A stretch of DNA of 64,000 nucleotides from an uncultured Antarcticibacterium sp. GTDB taxonomy: Bacteria > Bacteroidota > Bacteroidia > Flavobacteriales > Flavobacteriaceae. Under the pieces are notes generated by a model that was not told where the DNA came from, made no database searches, and worked only from the letters and a program-made list of their open reading frames with translations. The first letter of the stretch is position 1. Each line of letters begins with the position of its first letter. The stretch lies in NCBI GenBank assembly GCA_964636585.1, contig CAZWSP010000001.1:17715-81714 (forward strand). Reading direction: 5' to 3'. A program made the translations under genes and the position numbers. Of this stretch, positions 48,151 to 58,912 are shown piece by piece.

Positions 48151-49020
48151 TTAATCAAAATCGATATAATCTGTAGGGTTTACCGGATTCCCTTCATTCC
48201 ATAATTCAAAATGCAAATGCGGACCTGTAGTAAGTTCTCCGGTAGAACCCGCCGCAGCGATCACTTCTCCAGATTTTACAAATTCTCCTTGCTCTTTAGT
48301 TAACGAAGAGTTGTGCTTATATACAGAGAGTAATCCATAATTATGTTCTATAATTATAACATATCCCGTTCCTGCGCTCCATTCGGCAAAGATCACCCGA
48401 CCATCTGCAACAGATTTTACAGGGGCATTTTTTGCAACCACAATATCTACGGCAAAATGTTTGCTTTTAAAATTATAGCCTTCAGAAATTGGCCCTTTAA
48501 CCGGGGGAAACAACACGAACTCCATATCAGATCCAGCGGTTTCTAATACGTTATACTTGTCCTCCATCGCAACTTCTTCCCTTAATAGAGAATCTGCCTT
48601 GGAAGGAGAAAGGTCTATTAAACCAGAATCTAACTGCTGAGAATTAATTAAAGAATCTCTATTTAGATCTCCCACGGCAAGATCTCCAGTTAACACTCTT
48701 CTTATAGATTCGTAATATTGATTGTTAAGCATTAAAGCGGTTTGCAGAGAATCTGTTTTATAAGCCAATTCTGTAGCTTGCTTTTTAAGTTTTGCTGATG
48801 AATATCCCGGAATGTATTCTCGAAGGCCTGTAAATGCAATAATAAAAGTTGTTAGCGCTATTAAAAGAATGGCACTAGAAGTTATAGCTACAAATAAATT
48901 TAATCTGGTTAACTTAAATGAAAGGCGCTCCTCAAAGGTGTCTTCATTTAAAATTACCAATCTATATTTATGCAGAAGCTTCTTGGCAAATTTCTGTTTT
49001 TCTCTTCTTTCTTTAACCAT
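48151..49020 (-). CDS. M23-family metallopeptidase
   Basis: HFAVD (HxxxD), YKHN, GPHLHFE; N-terminal TM helix. -7 box at 49038-49045 (minus strand). Confidence 0.88.
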   Translation of the reverse strand: MVKERREKQKFAKKLLHKYRLVILNEDTFEERLSFKLTRLNLFVAITSSAILLIALTTFIIAFTGLREYIPGYSSAKLKKQATELAYKTDSLQTALMLNNQYYESIRRVLTGDLAVGDLNRDSLINSQQLDSGLIDLSPSKADSLLREEVAMEDKYNVLETAGSDMEFVLFPPVKGPISEGYNFKSKHFAVDIVVAKNAPVKSVADGRVIFAEWSAGTGYVIIIEHNYGLLSVYKHNSSLTKEQGEFVKSGEVIAAAGSTGELTTGPHLHFELWNEGNPVNPTDYIDFD

Positions 49021-49134
49021 AATTTTTCCAGCTATCACAAAGATAGCATAAAGTTAAATTTATACTATTTTATTGCTCTTAAACGTTTATATTAACGAAT
49101 TCTTGTTAAGTTTGTAGAACTAAACCCTTTTATT

Positions 49135-49341
49135 ATGAACGCATTATTTTTACCATTAGTTATAGGTGCTCCGCAAATAATTTTAATAGTTATTGTTGTA
49201 TTATTATTGTTTGGAGGTCGTAAAATTCCTGAATTAATGCGAGGATTAGGTAGTGGTATAAAAGAATTTAAAGATGCCTCTAAAGATGATGAGGACAAAG
49301 ACAAGAAAATACCAGACGACAATAGTAAATCTTCATTATAA
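49135..49341 (+). CDS. tatA: Twin-arginine translocase TatA/E
   Basis: [26 protein letters not shown]. Confidence 0.93.
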   Translation: MNALFLPLVIGAPQIILIVIVVLLLFGGRKIPELMRGLGSGIKEFKDASKDDEDKDKKIPDDNSKSSL

Positions 49342-49374
49342 AAAAAAGCCCAATTAAAATTGGGCTTTTTTTTT
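49340..49374. terminator. Bidirectional terminator
   Basis: aaaaaaagcccaat-taaa-attgggcttttttt. Confidence 0.85.
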
Positions 49375-50353
49375 AATCTATTTTCGCAGATTTTAAAATT
49401 GCTTCTAGTTCGAACATATTGTCTCGCTTAGCTGTTGCTGGTGCAAAGGTAAAACCCTCTAGAATTATATATCTGTTGTTGACCGAGTCACGAACAGCAT
49501 AGTTAATAAATGGCCCAGCCATAAATGCATTTTTCACTTCCCAAGTTCCCTTAGTTTCATAAGCAAACTTCCCATCAATTTCAGAATCGAATAAATAAGG
49601 AGCATATGCTTCTTCGGTGATCATATAGCTTCCCTCTAGTGGCCCTGGAATATGTGCAAGTCCAATTGAATCTCTCATTTTAATAATGTTTGCTACAATG
49701 CTTGTATCGCTGTCTATTTGATTTAAAGGCACTGAATAAACCAGTATTTCCATATTTCCTTTCGGAATATCCTTTCTTATCCAGAAGAAATCGTCATTTT
49801 CCATTGCATATCTATAGGCAGTTGGAAATTTTAAAGAAACTCCCAAGGTTCTTTTAAGTTTCTCATCATCCTTTAATGATTTATTAATTCGGCGTTGTTT
49901 CTCTTTAATCTCTGTATTTCGAAGTGCAAGAACGATCTCTGCAGAATTTGCATTTATCTGTTCCACGATCTCATTAGAATCTTTTCCGGTGATCAACACG
50001 CCAGTTTGTGGCTTTGCATAAGGATCGTTAAAGATCTTGAAATTAGCATTGTCTGCTTTTTCGATCTTTACAAATAGCCTGTTCTTTCTAACAAACCCAG
50101 AAAAAGATTCTGGTGGCATTTGGTTTAAGGAAAACATAGGTTCCTCCTGAGGTAATCCATCTACTGGTGCGGCTAAGGATTTGCGCAAAGCTTCTCCAAT
50201 AGACCCTTCCCACATTGTATTATCCATAACAACAGAAATGTTATTGATATTTCCAGAAGAATTTGCGAGATAGATGTTGCTTTCCTCTTCAGATTCTTTG
50301 CAACCAGTAAATAATAGTGTGATAAATAAACTTAAGAATATAATATTCTTCAT
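49373..50353 (-). CDS. DUF4837-family lipoprotein
   Basis: Lipobox FTGC; GLPQEEP.F, ETKGTWE...FMAGPF, KRDNMFELEAI. Confidence 0.75.
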   Translation of the reverse strand: MKNIIFLSLFITLLFTGCKESEEESNIYLANSSGNINNISVVMDNTMWEGSIGEALRKSLAAPVDGLPQEEPMFSLNQMPPESFSGFVRKNRLFVKIEKADNANFKIFNDPYAKPQTGVLITGKDSNEIVEQINANSAEIVLALRNTEIKEKQRRINKSLKDDEKLKRTLGVSLKFPTAYRYAMENDDFFWIRKDIPKGNMEILVYSVPLNQIDSDTSIVANIIKMRDSIGLAHIPGPLEGSYMITEEAYAPYLFDSEIDGKFAYETKGTWEVKNAFMAGPFINYAVRDSVNNRYIILEGFTFAPATAKRDNMFELEAILKSAKID

Positions 50354-50373
50354 AATGGTGGTTTTAGTAAATG

Positions 50374-51972
50374 CTAACTACCTGAAAGCTTAAGCTTCAT
50401 CCCGGGTTTTAGATTTGTATTTGAAATACTATTCCATGACCTCAAATTTTGTACCGAAATACCTGGGAACTTTTGAGAAATGCTCCATAAGGAATCTCCA
50501 TTTCTTACCGTGTAGGTAGATGGAGTACTTATAGACTTAGGTTTGGTAACAGCACTAGCCGAAGCAGATAAAGGCTTTTTTGGATATATAGTTAGATATT
50601 GACCCACGCGTAAATTGTTACTTTTAAGGCTATTCCAGGATTTTATACTACTAACACCAACACCATATTTATCTGCAATCCTTCCTAAAAAGTCACCGCT
50701 TTTTACTCTATACCTTACTTTATCTTCTGCTTCAACAAATCTTGGAAGCTCTTTTTCTTTTTCAACTAATTCAGTTTTTGCGAAATTATAGATCAGATCT
50801 TCATTATTCACAAATAACCCAACACCACTTCTTGGTAATCTTAATGCATAATCTTCATCTTCCACATATGGAATGATGTCTAGCTTATAACTCGGATTTA
50901 AAAATTGCAACATTTCCTTATCTACACCAGAAACTTTAGAGATCTGATCGAAGGTGAGCATTTGCTTAACATGAAGCGTATCTGTCTCGAAGAAGGTTAC
51001 TTCAGGGCGATTAGGTTGAAAATCGTGCTCTTTTGCGTATTCAAAGAGATATAATGTCGCTAAAAAAGCAGGAACATATCCAGCTGTTTCACGTGGAAGA
51101 TATTGCCTTAATGTCCAATAATTTGTTGAACCTCCACTTCTTCTTATTGCTTTAGAAACATTTCCAGGTCCAGAGTTATAAGAGGCTAACACCATATCCC
51201 AGTCACCAAATGTTTTGTATAAACTGGCTAGATAACGCACTGCAGCTTCTGTAGCCATAATAGGATCCATACGCTCATCTACATAAGAGCTTACATCTAA
51301 GCCATGCATTTTTCCGGTTGCAAACATGAATTGCCATAATCCAGTTGCTCCTACTCTGGATTTTGCTCTTGGATTTAATGCAGATTCTACAATCGCTAAA
51401 TACTTAATTTCTAAAGGAACATCGTATCTATCCAATTGCTGCTCGAACATCGGGAAATAATACTCGCTTAACGCCATTAAGCGCTCCATAGATTTTTTGT
51501 TGCGCTTTAAATAAGATTTAATAACACTTTCTAAAATAGGATTGTATTCTATGTTAAAAGGAGTTCTAGCATTTAATCTTGCTAGTCTAGCCTTTAGAGT
51601 GTCGGTTGGTAATTCTTTAAGTACAACTTCAGAATAATCTTGCTTTAAGATCTCTTCCTGCATATTTTCATAAAGATCTGAATTCAGCAATTCCCTTTTC
51701 CAAACCGAGTCTATTGAAGCTGCTTTTGGCAGATCTCTTAGGTTTTTTAAATTCCCTTTTTCGATTTTTGCTGAAATTGGCAGCCGATCTTTAAATTCTG
51801 GATCAGGATTTTTTAATTGAATCTTACTGCTATCTGCCTTCTGAAAAACCTGAACTCTAAAATTCGCTTTCTCGGTTTGAGTAGCAGGTTTTATGGGAGT
51901 TTTCACTGGTTTCTTTTGCGCCATAGCGCCCAAAAACACAAATAAAAACAAAACTGTTATTATCTTCTTCAT
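50374..51972 (-). CDS. mltD: Lytic murein transglycosylase with LysM repeats (MltD-like)
   Basis: LAIVES, GATGLWQFM, ASYNSG, LPRET..YVP; two C-terminal LysM domains. Confidence 0.88.
   Translation of the reverse strand: MKKIITVLFLFVFLGAMAQKKPVKTPIKPATQTEKANFRVQVFQKADSSKIQLKNPDPEFKDRLPISAKIEKGNLKNLRDLPKAASIDSVWKRELLNSDLYENMQEEILKQDYSEVVLKELPTDTLKARLARLNARTPFNIEYNPILESVIKSYLKRNKKSMERLMALSEYYFPMFEQQLDRYDVPLEIKYLAIVESALNPRAKSRVGATGLWQFMFATGKMHGLDVSSYVDERMDPIMATEAAVRYLASLYKTFGDWDMVLASYNSGPGNVSKAIRRSGGSTNYWTLRQYLPRETAGYVPAFLATLYLFEYAKEHDFQPNRPEVTFFETDTLHVKQMLTFDQISKVSGVDKEMLQFLNPSYKLDIIPYVEDEDYALRLPRSGVGLFVNNEDLIYNFAKTELVEKEKELPRFVEAEDKVRYRVKSGDFLGRIADKYGVGVSSIKSWNSLKSNNLRVGQYLTIYPKKPLSASASAVTKPKSISTPSTYTVRNGDSLWSISQKFPGISVQNLRSWNSISNTNLKPGMKLKLSGS
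51085..51100. promoter_or_regulatory. parS-like site inside mltD
   Basis: TGTTTCACGTGGAAGA: 15/16 identical to the reverse complement of the site at 56576. Confidence 0.5.
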
Positions 51973-52019
51973 ATTTCTACAACTATTGTACAGAAACGGG
52001 ATTTTTAATGATTTCTTGT

Positions 52020-53207
52020 CTAGTCTTCAGAAATAGCTTGTATACCAGGAAGTATTTTTCCCTCTAGCATTTCTAACATAGCGCCACCACCGGTAGACAC
52101 GTAGCTCACGTCATTTTCTAAATTAAATTTATTAACAGCCGCAACAGAATCTCCTCCTCCAACTAGCGAAAAAGCACCGTTTTTGGTAGCCAATCCAATA
52201 GCTTCTCCAACTTTCTTGGTTCCTTCAGAAAAAGCATCCATTTCGAACACTCCAACTGGACCATTCCAAAGAATAGTTTTAGATTTTGCAATAACTTCAG
52301 AAAAAATTGCAATAGATTTTGGTCCTGCGTCTAGACCCATCCATCCATCTGGAATAGCATCTATAGCGCTTACATCTTTATTAGCAAGTTCAGAAAAACT
52401 ATCTGCAATAACCGAATCTACAGGCAAATGAACTTCTACTCCTTTTTTAGAGGCTAACTTCAAAATATCTAAAGCCAGATCTTGTTTGTCATCCTCTACC
52501 AAAGAGCTTCCAATCTTTCCTCCTTTTGCCTTTACAAAAGTAAAAGCCATTCCACCACCAATAATTAGGTGATCTACTTTATCTAAGATGTTCTCGATAA
52601 CAGTGATCTTAGAAGATACCTTGGCGCCTCCAATAATTGCGGTAACAGGTTTTTCTGCTGAATTTAAAACCTTGTTCAAACTTTCTATCTCTTCCTTCAA
52701 AAGGTAACCGAAACACTTATCATCAAAATATTTAGCAACTATCGTAGTAGAAGCATGCGCTCTGTGTGCTGTACCAAAGGCATCATTCACATAAATGTCT
52801 CCAAGTTTGGCAAGTTGTTTTGCAAAACCAGTATCTCCTTCGGTTTCCTCTTTATGATATCTTAAATTTTCCAACAATAATATTTCACCGGGCTTCAGAT
52901 CTTTTACCGCATTTTCGGCTATTTCACCAACACAATCATTTACAAATTTTGTGTTTACTCCCATCACTTCAGAAACCTTGCTAACAATTTGCTGAAGCGA
53001 AAATTTAGCTTCTTTGTTCTCTGGTCTTCCCAAATGCGTCATCAAAATAACGCTTCCGCCGTCTTCCAAGATTTTAATAATGGTAGGCTTTGCAGCCTCT
53101 ATTCTTGTACTATCGGTTACATTTCCGTCCTCATCTAAGGGAACGTTGAAATCTACCCGTATAAGTGCCTTTTTATCTTTAAAATTATAGTTGTCTACTG
53201 TTTTCAT
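52020..53207 (-). CDS. pgk: Phosphoglycerate kinase
   Basis: [37 protein letters not shown]. Confidence 0.98.
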   Translation of the reverse strand: MKTVDNYNFKDKKALIRVDFNVPLDEDGNVTDSTRIEAAKPTIIKILEDGGSVILMTHLGRPENKEAKFSLQQIVSKVSEVMGVNTKFVNDCVGEIAENAVKDLKPGEILLLENLRYHKEETEGDTGFAKQLAKLGDIYVNDAFGTAHRAHASTTIVAKYFDDKCFGYLLKEEIESLNKVLNSAEKPVTAIIGGAKVSSKITVIENILDKVDHLIIGGGMAFTFVKAKGGKIGSSLVEDDKQDLALDILKLASKKGVEVHLPVDSVIADSFSELANKDVSAIDAIPDGWMGLDAGPKSIAIFSEVIAKSKTILWNGPVGVFEMDAFSEGTKKVGEAIGLATKNGAFSLVGGGDSVAAVNKFNLENDVSYVSTGGGAMLEMLEGKILPGIQAISED

Positions 53208-53277
53208 TTTCGATGTGTGAACTACAAATATAATTTTTTCTAAAGATATTAAGTGAAGATTAATTTTATCTTTGCTT

Positions 53278-54444
53278 ATGCTCTTTTCTGAAGTTCTCGG
53301 CTTACCACATATAAAAAATCATTTAACCACCACGGCAGATAGAGGCCGTATTCCTCATGCCCAATTATTTGTTGGGAATCATGGAAGTGGAATTTTGCCA
53401 ATGGCGGTTGCCTATGCGCAATATGTGCTGTGTGGGAATACAAACGCCGAAAACACTTCGGGTAATTCTAGCTGTAATTTAAAATTCAATCAACTTTCTC
53501 ATCCAGATCTACATTTTGTATTTCCGGTTGCAACCAACGATGTTGTAAAATCTCATCCGGTTTCCAATCACTTTTTAGAGGGCTGGAGGAGTTTTTTGAA
53601 GAACAATCCTTACGGAAGTTTATTCGATTGGTATCAGCAAATAGGAATAGAAAATAAACAAGGGCAAATTGGAGTAGATGAAGCCCAGGAAATTGTAAAA
53701 TCTCTTTCTTTAAAGGCTTATGAAGGCGGTTATAAAATCATGCTTATCTGGATGGCAGATAAAATGAATACGGCATGTTCTAATAAATTGCTAAAATTAA
53801 TTGAAGAGCCACCAAACAAAACCCTATTCATTCTTATTGCCGAAGATGAAGAGCAAATCATACAAACTATTCGCTCCCGTTGCCAAGTATTGAGTTTCCC
53901 TCCGCTTTCTGAAACCGTAATTGCTGAAAAATTAAAAGAGCAACATTCTTTAGACGAAGCTTCAGCAAACAAAATAGCGATTCAGGCAAACGGAAGCTAT
54001 TCGCAAGCGCAACATCTATTAAAAAACGATTCTGGAGATGAGCAATTTGAAACTTGGTTCATTACTTGGGTGAGAACGGCTTTTAAAGCAAAGGGTAATA
54101 AAGCGGCAATTTTAGATCTTATTTCATGGAGTGAAGAAATAGCTTCAGCTGGAAGAGAGACTCAAAAAAGCTTTTTACAATATTGCCTAGACTTTTTTAG
54201 ACAGGCATTATTGCACAATTATAAGGCTAAGGAATTGGTTTATATTCAGGCAAAAACAGCCAATTTTAAACTAGAGAACTTTGCTCCTTTTATTACTGGA
54301 GATAATATTTTAGATATCACTTCAGAAATTGAAGATGCTATTTATCACATAGAGCGTAACGGGAACGCCAAAATAGTTCTAACCGATCTATCTATTAAAT
54401 TAACCCGATTAATACATAAAAAACCCGCTCCTCAACAAGCTTAA
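53278..54444 (+). CDS. holB: DNA polymerase III delta' subunit
   Basis: [34 protein letters not shown]. Confidence 0.88.
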   Translation: MLFSEVLGLPHIKNHLTTTADRGRIPHAQLFVGNHGSGILPMAVAYAQYVLCGNTNAENTSGNSSCNLKFNQLSHPDLHFVFPVATNDVVKSHPVSNHFLEGWRSFLKNNPYGSLFDWYQQIGIENKQGQIGVDEAQEIVKSLSLKAYEGGYKIMLIWMADKMNTACSNKLLKLIEEPPNKTLFILIAEDEEQIIQTIRSRCQVLSFPPLSETVIAEKLKEQHSLDEASANKIAIQANGSYSQAQHLLKNDSGDEQFETWFITWVRTAFKAKGNKAAILDLISWSEEIASAGRETQKSFLQYCLDFFRQALLHNYKAKELVYIQAKTANFKLENFAPFITGDNILDITSEIEDAIYHIERNGNAKIVLTDLSIKLTRLIHKKPAPQQA

Positions 54445-54448
54445 AACT

Positions 54449-54844
54449 ATGCAAAACATTACAAGTTATATTACAGAGTTATTGATACTTGCTTTTATAG
54501 TGATCACTTTTTTACAATCTGGTGTAGATAAGATCTCAGATTGGAAAGGAAATATTGGATGGCTAAAAGGGCATTTTTCTAAAACCTTCCTAAAAAATCA
54601 AGTTCCTGCAATGGTTGCTACCATCTTAATTCTGGAAGTAGTAGCAGGAATTTTAGCTATAATTGGAATGGTAATGATCATTTCAACCGGAAATACAGCA
54701 ATAGCGCTTTATGCTTGCGTATTATCTGCCATCACATTATTAATGTTGCTTTTTGGACAACGGGTTGCTAAAGATTACGCCGGGGCATTCACTATTGTTG
54801 GCTATTTTGTAGTGGTAATATTGGGAGTAATGCTGCTATCGTAA
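54449..54844 (+). CDS. DoxX-family membrane protein
   Basis: ITFLQSG.DK..DW, LLFGQR.AKDY; four TM segments. Confidence 0.72.
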   Translation: MQNITSYITELLILAFIVITFLQSGVDKISDWKGNIGWLKGHFSKTFLKNQVPAMVATILILEVVAGILAIIGMVMIISTGNTAIALYACVLSAITLLMLLFGQRVAKDYAGAFTIVGYFVVVILGVMLLS

Positions 54845-54863
54845 AACTCATTTAAATAAAAAT

Positions 54864-54901
54864 AAAAAAGCATCGGTTCTAATAGAGCCGATGCTTTTTT
54901 T
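54864..54901. terminator. Bidirectional terminator
   Basis: aaaaaagcatcggttct-aat-agagccgatgctttttt. Confidence 0.85.
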
Positions 54902-54918
54902 ATGCTTGTAAAAAAGAA

Positions 54919-55428
54919 TTACTTCTTGTAAGTCTCATTTAATTTCTCAAGGATCTCATCTGTAATATCTAATCCTTCTTTAGCATACATAATGTTTGCA
55001 GATTCGTTAGAACCAAAAATATAAGTATAATCATTATCCTTACCGTATTCCTTCACGTATTCTTTCACTTTAGTAACAATAGAATCTATCACAACATCAC
55101 TTTCTTGACGTAGTTGATTTCCCATCATTTGTTGTTGTTGCTGAATAACTTGTTGCTTCTTCATTAATTCTTGCTCGATAGCTTGTCTTTCTGTAGTAGA
55201 CATTCCATTCATGTTAGCTTGGTACTCTTGTACTTCTGCTTGAAAACTTTGAGCTAAAGAATCTAGTTCTCCTTTAATTCTATCTGACTTTGAAGTAAAC
55301 TCCTCTTCTACTTCTTTCATCTCACGGTACTCCTTAATAATTTTGGTAGTATCTACGTAAGCGGTTTTTTGTTCGTTACAACTTGTAAGTCCGGCTGCAA
55401 TTAAAACAACCAATAATAACTTCTTCAT
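54919..55428 (-). CDS. OmpH/Skp-family chaperone with lipoprotein signal
   Basis: MKK...LTSC, AYVD, coiled coil, YTYIFG...IMYA...DITDEIL. Start set to ATG 55428. Confidence 0.85.
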   Translation of the reverse strand: MKKLLLVVLIAAGLTSCNEQKTAYVDTTKIIKEYREMKEVEEEFTSKSDRIKGELDSLAQSFQAEVQEYQANMNGMSTTERQAIEQELMKKQQVIQQQQQMMGNQLRQESDVVIDSIVTKVKEYVKEYGKDNDYTYIFGSNESANIMYAKEGLDITDEILEKLNETYKK

Positions 55429-55654
55429 AATTTTAATTTTGTTTTGCGCAAAAGTAATAAAGTATCCAAGGAAAAAAATAAAAATTTGCACCCTTAAGCA
55501 AGAAATAGGTAAATCCTATAGTAATTAATTTAAAAATCGATTCTTTTTATGGAAGTTGAATTGAAATAAGGCGTTTTAAGAGCATTTTGAGCAATAAGAT
55601 AGTCATTCGGTTGGTTCTAAGCATTTGAGTCAAATTATCCTGTTTAAAACCGGA

Positions 55655-56518
55655 TTACTCTCCTTTCTGAAAGAAATACGCCAGAGATGAGTACTCTTTA
55701 GAGGATCTTGCCTTAAGATTAGATTTTAGTCCAATAAAAAAGGATCTCAAAAAATTATTACTTCCTGTCCTATTTTTTTCAGATAATAGACTCACATAAA
55801 ATGAATCAAATAACAAAGGTTTAAAATCTACTTCTGTAAAAGTGGTTCCGCTTAAAAGTTGTTTGAAGCTTTTATGTGAGAAATGCCATAAATGTCTAGG
55901 CACATCAAAAGCTGCCCAAAATTGTTTATAATAAGAAGCATCGTAACTTTTATAATTCGGAACAGCAATAATTAGAAGTCCGTTCTTTTTGAGCAATTGC
56001 TCCAATTCTATGATCTGATTTTTTAGATCGTACACATGTTCAAAAACATGCCACATAGTAATCACATCAAATTTTTCAGCTTTAAAATTTGCAGAATCTG
56101 AAACTAACTTTATTCCCTTTTTCTTAGCAAGTAATCTGGCATTTTCATCGGGTTCTATTCCTTTTACTTTCCATCCTTGTTTTTTTGCTTGTAGTAAAAA
56201 TTCTCCTGTTCCTGCTCCAATATCTAATAATTTCCCTTTCTCCGGAAAGTAAGGTTGGATCCAATTTAATTTCTTTTTCAGCATGATCTTTTTGATCTGC
56301 TGATATAGTTTATCTGTAAAAGAATTTTTAGAATCGGTGTGCGAAATATAGTTTTCGCTTTTATAATAGGAAGATAATTTTTCCGGGTCTGGTTTTGGAG
56401 TGGTCACTAAAAGATCTAATTCCGGATCTAATACCAGATTAAATTCCTCGCCAGAAACCGTATGGTCTTTACACGTTAAATAAACTTTTTGAGTGTTCTT
56501 TGCTTCAGAAGTATTCAC
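55655..56518 (-). CDS. Class I SAM-dependent methyltransferase
   Basis: LLDIGAGTG, FDVITMWHVFEH, DVPRHLWHF. Confidence 0.85.
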   Translation of the reverse strand: MNTSEAKNTQKVYLTCKDHTVSGEEFNLVLDPELDLLVTTPKPDPEKLSSYYKSENYISHTDSKNSFTDKLYQQIKKIMLKKKLNWIQPYFPEKGKLLDIGAGTGEFLLQAKKQGWKVKGIEPDENARLLAKKKGIKLVSDSANFKAEKFDVITMWHVFEHVYDLKNQIIELEQLLKKNGLLIIAVPNYKSYDASYYKQFWAAFDVPRHLWHFSHKSFKQLLSGTTFTEVDFKPLLFDSFYVSLLSEKNRTGSNNFLRSFFIGLKSNLKARSSKEYSSLAYFFQKGE

Positions 56519-56575
56519 AGATCTTATTAATGGTTGGGGCGCATTAGTTTTTTAAATATAGAAGAAATTATTCAA

Positions 56576-56591
56576 TGTTCCACGTGAAACA
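56576..56591. promoter_or_regulatory. parS centromere-like site
   Basis: TGTTCCACGTGAAACA fits the canonical TGTTNCACGTGAAACA consensus; 2 nt from the mnmG stop. Confidence 0.85.
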
Positions 56592-56593
56592 TT

Positions 56594-58465
56594 TTATCTT
56601 CCCATATAAACTAATAGCACAGAAATATCACTTGGACTCACTCCGCTAATTCTTGAAGCTTGCGAAACAGTAACCGGTTGAATCTTATTTAATTTTTCTC
56701 TAGCCTCAAAAGACATAGATTTGATATTGGTATAATCAAAATTTTGAGGAATCTTAACGTCTTCTAATCTGTGCAATTTGTCTGCGTTATTTTTCTCTTT
56801 ATTGATGTATCCTGCGTATTTAATCTGAATTTCCGTTTGCTCCAACATCTCTTCATTAAGATCGTTTTCAGCAATAAATTCATTTACCCCTGGAAACTCC
56901 ATTACATCTTCCATAGTGATATTTGGTCTGGAAAATATTTTAAAGATCTTATCGCTTTGTTTCATAGGAGCCGAATCTTTCGACTCTAAAACTGGATTAG
57001 AGTGTTCGGGGATCACACTTGTTTCTTGTAAATAATTTACAAAATTCAGCGACTTCTCCTTCTTCTCTTCCATCTTTCTAAGACGTTTTTCTGAAGCCAA
57101 ACCAAGATCATGAGATCTTTCGGTTAACCTAAAATCTGCATTATCTTGTCTTAATAAGGTTCTATATTCCGCTCTTGAAGTAAACATTCTATATGGCTCT
57201 TCAGTACCTTTTGTAATAAGATCGTCTACCAAAACACCAATATAAGCTTCATCCCTTTTCAGTATAAAAGACTCTTTCTCTTGTACTTTTAATGCAGCAT
57301 TTATTCCAGCCATTAAACCTTGAGAAGCGGCTTCTTCATATCCGGTAGTTCCGTTTATTTGACCTGCGAAGTACAAGCCATTAATCAACTTAGTTTCTAA
57401 AGTATGTTTTAATTGTGTAGGCGGGAAATAATCATATTCAATCGCATAACCCGGTCTAAAGAATTTCACTTTTTCGAAACCAACTACAGAACGCAAAGCT
57501 TTAAATTGAACATCTTCCGGTAAAGAAGTAGAAAATCCGTTTACATATACCTCACAAGTATTCCAACCTTCTGGCTCTACGAATAATTGATGTCTATCCT
57601 TATCTGCAAACCTATTAATCTTATCTTCTATTGAAGGACAATATCTTGGACCTAAACTTTTAATTCTACCATTAAACATTGGAGAACGATCGAAGCCTTC
57701 TTTCAATATCTCATGCACCTCATTTGAGGTGTAGGTCATATAACAAGAACGTTGTTTTTTTAGAGGCTTAGTTTCATCTAAATAAGAGAATTTATAAGGT
57801 TTTTCGTCTCCAGGTTGTTCTGCCATTTTGGAATAATCTAAAGATCTTCCATCTACTCTAGGTGGGGTTCCCGTTTTCATTCTACCAGATTCAAAACCTA
57901 GCTGAATTAATTCTTCTGTAATTCCAGTTGAAGCTCGTTCGCCAGATCTTCCTCCTCCAAAATTCTTATCTCCAATATGTATTAATCCGTTTAGAAAAGT
58001 TCCGTTTGTTAGCACAACCGACTTTCCTTTTATTTTTAATCCTAAAGATGTTTTAATTCCAACAACCGCATCTCCTTCAACTAAAAGACCCGCTACCATT
58101 TCTTGATAAAAATCTAAATTCGGAGTTTGTTCTAAACGCAATCTCCAATGTTCAGCAAACATCATTCTATCACTCTGCACTCTCGGACTCCACATTGCAG
58201 GTCCTTTAGACTTGTTAAGCATTTTAAATTGGATGGCACTGGTATCACTAACCAATCCGCTATAACCACCTAAAGCGTCTATCTCCCTAACAATTTGCCC
58301 TTTTGCAATTCCTCCCATAGCAGGATTGCAGCTCATTTGAGCGATGTTTTGTAAATTCATTGTAACCAATAGCGTTTTTGCACCCATATTGGCAGCTGCA
58401 GCCGCGGCTTCACTTCCAGCATGTCCTGCACCAACAACAATTACATCATATACTTCACTAAACAT
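56594..58465 (-). CDS. mnmG: tRNA U34 modification enzyme MnmG (GidA)
   Basis: [50 protein letters not shown]. Confidence 0.98.
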   Translation of the reverse strand: MFSEVYDVIVVGAGHAGSEAAAAAANMGAKTLLVTMNLQNIAQMSCNPAMGGIAKGQIVREIDALGGYSGLVSDTSAIQFKMLNKSKGPAMWSPRVQSDRMMFAEHWRLRLEQTPNLDFYQEMVAGLLVEGDAVVGIKTSLGLKIKGKSVVLTNGTFLNGLIHIGDKNFGGGRSGERASTGITEELIQLGFESGRMKTGTPPRVDGRSLDYSKMAEQPGDEKPYKFSYLDETKPLKKQRSCYMTYTSNEVHEILKEGFDRSPMFNGRIKSLGPRYCPSIEDKINRFADKDRHQLFVEPEGWNTCEVYVNGFSTSLPEDVQFKALRSVVGFEKVKFFRPGYAIEYDYFPPTQLKHTLETKLINGLYFAGQINGTTGYEEAASQGLMAGINAALKVQEKESFILKRDEAYIGVLVDDLITKGTEEPYRMFTSRAEYRTLLRQDNADFRLTERSHDLGLASEKRLRKMEEKKEKSLNFVNYLQETSVIPEHSNPVLESKDSAPMKQSDKIFKIFSRPNITMEDVMEFPGVNEFIAENDLNEEMLEQTEIQIKYAGYINKEKNNADKLHRLEDVKIPQNFDYTNIKSMSFEAREKLNKIQPVTVSQASRISGVSPSDISVLLVYMGR

Positions 58466-58468
58466 AAA

Positions 58469-58912
58469 CTAACTTTTTTTAGATTGTTCCACGTGGAACA
58501 ATTGCATTTTTTCCTCTTCCTTGCTTCTCATAAGAACAGCTTCACTTTCTTCTTTATCCTTGTATCCACACAAATGCAAAACTCCATGAACTAATACTCG
58601 TCGTAATTCATCTTCAAACTTTACATTAAACGCATCTGCATTTTCCGCAACACGCTCGGTGCTCACATAAATATCGCCCTGTAATATTTTACCAACTGAA
58701 TAGTCGAAGGTTATAATATCGGTATACGTATCATGATCCAAATACTCCATATTGATCTTCAATAGATACTCATCGTCGCAAAAAATATAACTCAACTCCT
58801 CAAGCTTTTTAGCTTCAGAAGTAATTACACTTTCTAACCATGAAGTATAAACAGTTTCATCCTCTAAGATGAAATCGTTTTCAGAATAAAAATTAATTTT
58901 CGCTGGATTCAA
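58469..58912 (-). CDS. ybeY: rRNA maturation RNase YbeY
   Basis: TDIITF, GDIYVS, HGVLHLCGY (third His absent). Confidence 0.92.
   Translation of the reverse strand: MNPAKINFYSENDFILEDETVYTSWLESVITSEAKKLEELSYIFCDDEYLLKINMEYLDHDTYTDIITFDYSVGKILQGDIYVSTERVAENADAFNVKFEDELRRVLVHGVLHLCGYKDKEESEAVLMRSKEEEKMQLFHVEQSKKS
58485..58500. promoter_or_regulatory. parS site (perfect palindrome) inside the ybeY 3' end
   Basis: TGTTCCACGTGGAACA; encodes part of LFHVEQ. Confidence 0.85.

Noticed and set aside
55129-55160. (TTG)n microsatellite in the OmpH gene
   Set aside because: It encodes a poly-Gln coiled-coil segment, in frame and short.
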